Source: Scyliorhinus canicula (taxonomy: Eukaryota). From it: DNA of 64,000 nt. The notes beneath the pieces were generated by a model. It did no database searches. It was not told where the DNA came from and worked only from the letters and a program-made list of their open reading frames with translations. The stretch spans positions 21,692,526 through 21,756,525 of the forward strand of contig NC_052169.1 in NCBI RefSeq assembly GCF_902713615.1, given 5' to 3'. The position numbers and the translations under genes are program-made. Within the stretch, counting starts at the first letter, position 1, and each line of letters opens with the position of its first letter. Shown here piece after piece: positions 60,795-64,000 of the stretch.

Positions 60795-62179
60795 AGAACC
60801 GTGAATCTCTACAAGCTGCAACAGGGCAACATATGGAGGGAGGTTTGAGGTTACATACATGGGACGGGCGGAGTGCGGTAATTGGTGGGAGGGGGCAACG
60901 GCAATGAGAACTTGCATTAATGTAACACCTCTAACATAAAACACCCAAACGGTGTTTCACAAGAGCCCAAACAACAACTACCTGCATTCATAAAGCATTT
61001 TTGAAGTGACAAAACATCTCCCCTGCCCACCTCCCCCCTCTAGTTCACAAAACATCACAAAAAAGAAAGCTGGACCCACCCCACTCCCCAAAAGCCCCAT
61101 GAGGAAATATTGGTTCAGGTGGCTGATGGCTCAGTCAAACATTTTAACCAGCTCGGCAGAGAGAGGGAGGGGGGTGGCTGATGTGGGCCCTTGGCACCCA
61201 GGCAGTTGAAGTCAGACGCCTGTGGCACATGGATCAAAACCAGTGATGTTGCCTCACAGGGACACGGGTTCAATTCCGGCCTTGGGTCACTGTCTGTGCG
61301 GAGTCTGCATGTTCTCCCCATGTGTGTGTGGGTTTCCTCCGGGTGCTCCGGTTTCCTCCCACAGTCCAAAGATGAGCAGGTTAGGTGGATCGGCCATGCT
61401 AAATTTTCCCTTAGTGCCCAGGGATGTGCAGGTTAGGTGGGTTAGCCAAGCTGTCCCTTAAGAGTCCGAAGATTGGGTGGGGCTACAGGAATAGGGCAGG
61501 GGGTGGGGGTGTAATTCCTGGGTAGGACGCCCCCGCGGAGGGTCGGTGCAGACCCAATGAGCCGAATGGCCTCCTTCTGCACCTCAGGGGCCCATCCTGG
61601 GGGGGGGGGGGGAGATTTCACAGAGGTTGGCAAGACCAGAGAAGATTTGGAAGGAAGGTGATGTTAAAGCGGGGAGGGGGAGGAGGCCTTGGAGAGCTCT
61701 GGGGAAGATCCAGTGGCGGGGAAGGCGATATATAAATGAAATTCTTTAACCAAGGGGGGGGGGGGGGGGGGGGGGGAAGAGAGATACGGACAGGATTTGG
61801 GGTGAATTAGGGGCCGGTTGGGGGGTGAACTCGTAAAATTTACAGTACAGGAGGCCATTCGGCCCATCGAGTCTGCACCAGCTCTTGGAACGAGCACCCT
61901 ACTCAAGGTCCACACCTCCATCCTATCCCCATCACCCGGTAACCCCACCCAACCTTCTTGGACACCAAGGGCAATGTGGATCTTCAACAAACAGCAATCC
62001 ACCTAACCTGCACATCTTTGGACTGTGGGAGGAAACCGGAGCATCCGGAGGAAACCCACCCACACACGGGGAGAACGTGCAGACTCCGCACAGACAGTGA
62101 CCCAAGCCGGAATCAAACCTAGGACCCTGGAGCTGTGACGCAATTGTGCTAACCACAATGCTACCATGCTGTCCCCAAA

Positions 62180-62730
62180 AGGAGGGGAGGGTGTATGGGT
62201 GTTTGGGAGGGTGAGGGGTGGGTATGGGGTCAGTGTAGGGGGAGTAGGTGGTGGGGGTGTGTATGGGGGGGGTGGTGGGGGTGTGTATGGGGGGGGGGGG
62301 GGCAGGAGGGTGAGGGGGGGGGAGAGAAGGAGGAGGAGAGTGAAATGAAAAAATGAATGAAAATCACTTGTCACGAGTAGGCTTCAATGGAGTTACTGTG
62401 AAAAGCCCCTAATCGCCACATTCCGGCGCCTGTTCGGGGAGGCTGGTAGGGGAACTGAACCGTACTGCTGGCCTGCCAGCCCCTGGAGTTGGGGGGGGGG
62501 GGGGGGGGGAAGCGTGAGGGGATGGGGATTGAGGGGTGGGGGAATGGAGGGGAGGGGGGGGATGGAGATGGAGGATGGAGGGGTGGGGGATGGAGAGGGA
62601 GCGTATGAGGGATGGAGGGGGATGGAGGGAGGGGAGGGGAGGGAGTGAATGAGGGGGAGGGGTGGGGGATGGAGGAGGAGAGGGAGTGTCTGATGGATGG
62701 GGGGGTTGGGGGGAGTGGGGGGAGGGGACC
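62180..62730. repeat. G-rich (+) low-complexity tract in SEC11A intron 1
   Basis: GGGGGATGGAG-type units and G runs next to exon 1. Confidence 0.85.
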
Positions 62731-63085
62731 CGGCTCCGGCCGGGGAGCGGACGCGGTTCTCGGGCTCCGGGCGCCGTTCCCGCCTGACCCACCTGCCGCT
62801 TGTTCATGCGCCGCACGTCGTTGAGGAAATCCAGCGACATCATGGTGGCCGCTGCCGCCAGCGCTCCGCCGGCTCCGGGGGGGTTGATGGAGCCGCCTTC
62901 AGCTCAAAGGAATCTTCCCTACAACCGCCACCGGAACCGGAAACCCCCACCAGAAGCTGAATCAGCGCAAGCCCGGACCGGACATCCGGGAGCGCGCCGC
63001 CCTCTGGGACGTTTAAAGGGACACCCACTCTCTGAGATTTAAAGGGACCTACCCCCATCCGCCTCCTCCAGCAGCCAATGAGTAG
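62720..63085 (-). promoter_or_regulatory. SEC11A CpG-island promoter and 5' UTR
   Basis: High CpG density, tandem CCGGAA ETS-type motifs near 62931-62943, CCAAT at about 63075, no obvious TATA box. Confidence 0.65.
62793..62843 (-). CDS. SEC11A: Signal peptidase complex catalytic subunit SEC11A, exon 1
   Basis: MMSLDFLNDVRRMNKRQ, Kozak gccaccATG, donor CAG|gtgggt, inside a CpG island. Confidence 0.95.
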
Positions 63086-63649
63086 CTGCCAGGTTTTCTG
63101 AGATCTAGGCTGCCAACTGTCACGAAGGGAGAAAAGGTTTCCATCGTCCTTGATAAAAGCCTCCATTAAAACATTGCCCCATGAGCTAAAATGTGCCTCA
63201 GCAACATGCACCCCAGCTGGAACATTTTTACTCCTTTTGACCTTTTTCCCCCCTCCTTCCATTTGCCTCAGCTTTGCCTGCATTTCGTTGCAAACTTGAT
63301 CATCTCTCACTATTCACTCCAGCCTCTCAAGAGGAAAAAGAGAGACTTGCATTTATATAGCGCCGGATCGCCCCATGTCCCTTCACAGCCAACAGAGTAC
63401 TTTTGACGCAGTCACTGTAGTAGGAAACGAGACGGCGCAACAACCTCCCACAGACAGCAATGTGATCATGAGCAGACAGTCTGTACTTGTGAGGTTGATT
63501 GAGGGATAAATATTGACCAGGAAGATCCCTGTCAGCCTCAGGCAGGATAGGAGGGTGCTGCGGTGACCCACTCGCAAGGAACAGGCAGCCAATGGAAGTA
63601 ATTAAAAACGTATTGACCCCAATTGAAGGCAGCTGATTTTCCAGTCCAG

Positions 63650-64000
63650 GCTCTGTACTCGTTGGAGTTTCGAAGGATGAGAGGGGATCTTATTCAAACT
63701 TACGGGATACTTCAAGGCCCAGATAGAGTGGACGTGGAGAGGATGTTTCCACTTGTAGGAAAAACTAGAGGACACCATCTCAGACTAAAGGGACGATCCT
63801 TTAGAACAGAGATGAGGAGGAATTTCTTCAGCCAGAGGGTGGTGAATCTGTGGAACTCTTTGCTGCAGAAGGCTGTGGAGGCTAAATCACTGAGTGTCTT
63901 TAAGACAGAGATAGATAGGTTTTTGATTAATAAGGGGATCAGGGGTTATGGGGAGAAGGCTGGAGAACGGGGATGAGAAAATATCAGCCATGATTGAATG
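63650..64000 (+). mobile_element. CR1 3' fragment (runs off window)
   Basis: LYSLEFRRMRGDLIQTY...RNFFSQRVVNLWNSL. Confidence 0.9.

Noticed and set aside
538-62374. Many similar short ORFs (GSLSVWSLHILPV, LGHCLCGVCTSSP) resembling a gene family
   Set aside because: All are readings of HE1-like SINE copies.
62409-62792. Pro-rich extension of the SEC11A exon 1 ORF
   Set aside because: Intron read-through beyond the CAG|gtgggt donor.

Overview
Eukaryotic, repeat-rich vertebrate DNA, most likely from a shark or other elasmobranch (inferred from the HE1/V-SINE, DeuSINE, CR1, L1 and Penelope repeat content). It is a draft assembly with two N gaps. Three minus-strand protein-coding genes were rebuilt by hand from splice sites. 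SEC11A is complete: 6 exons, 179 aa, 37357-62843. NMB (prepro-neuromedin B) is complete: 3 exons, 135 aa, 19518-23023. KTI12 shows only its first coding exon (6129-6279); later exons were not found and probably lie left of the window. Most of the rest is transposon debris: a Gmr1-type Gypsy element (integrase before RT, tRNA-Pro PBS), a solo LTR with TSD, CR1, L1, RTE and Penelope fragments, and about 30 tRNA-derived SINE copies. Long low-complexity tracts follow exon 1 of each gene. The most unusual signals are: (i) a perfect 74-bp hairpin carrying a Penelope-type minimal hammerhead motif just upstream of KTI12; (ii) three near-identical short segments apparently copied from templates under 2 kb away; (iii) one SINE head joined to at least four different 3' tails, including a poly(A) form with long TSDs. 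No wholly new protein system could be supported from sequence alone. Repeat family names are from memory of consensus motifs, and repeat boundaries are approximate.
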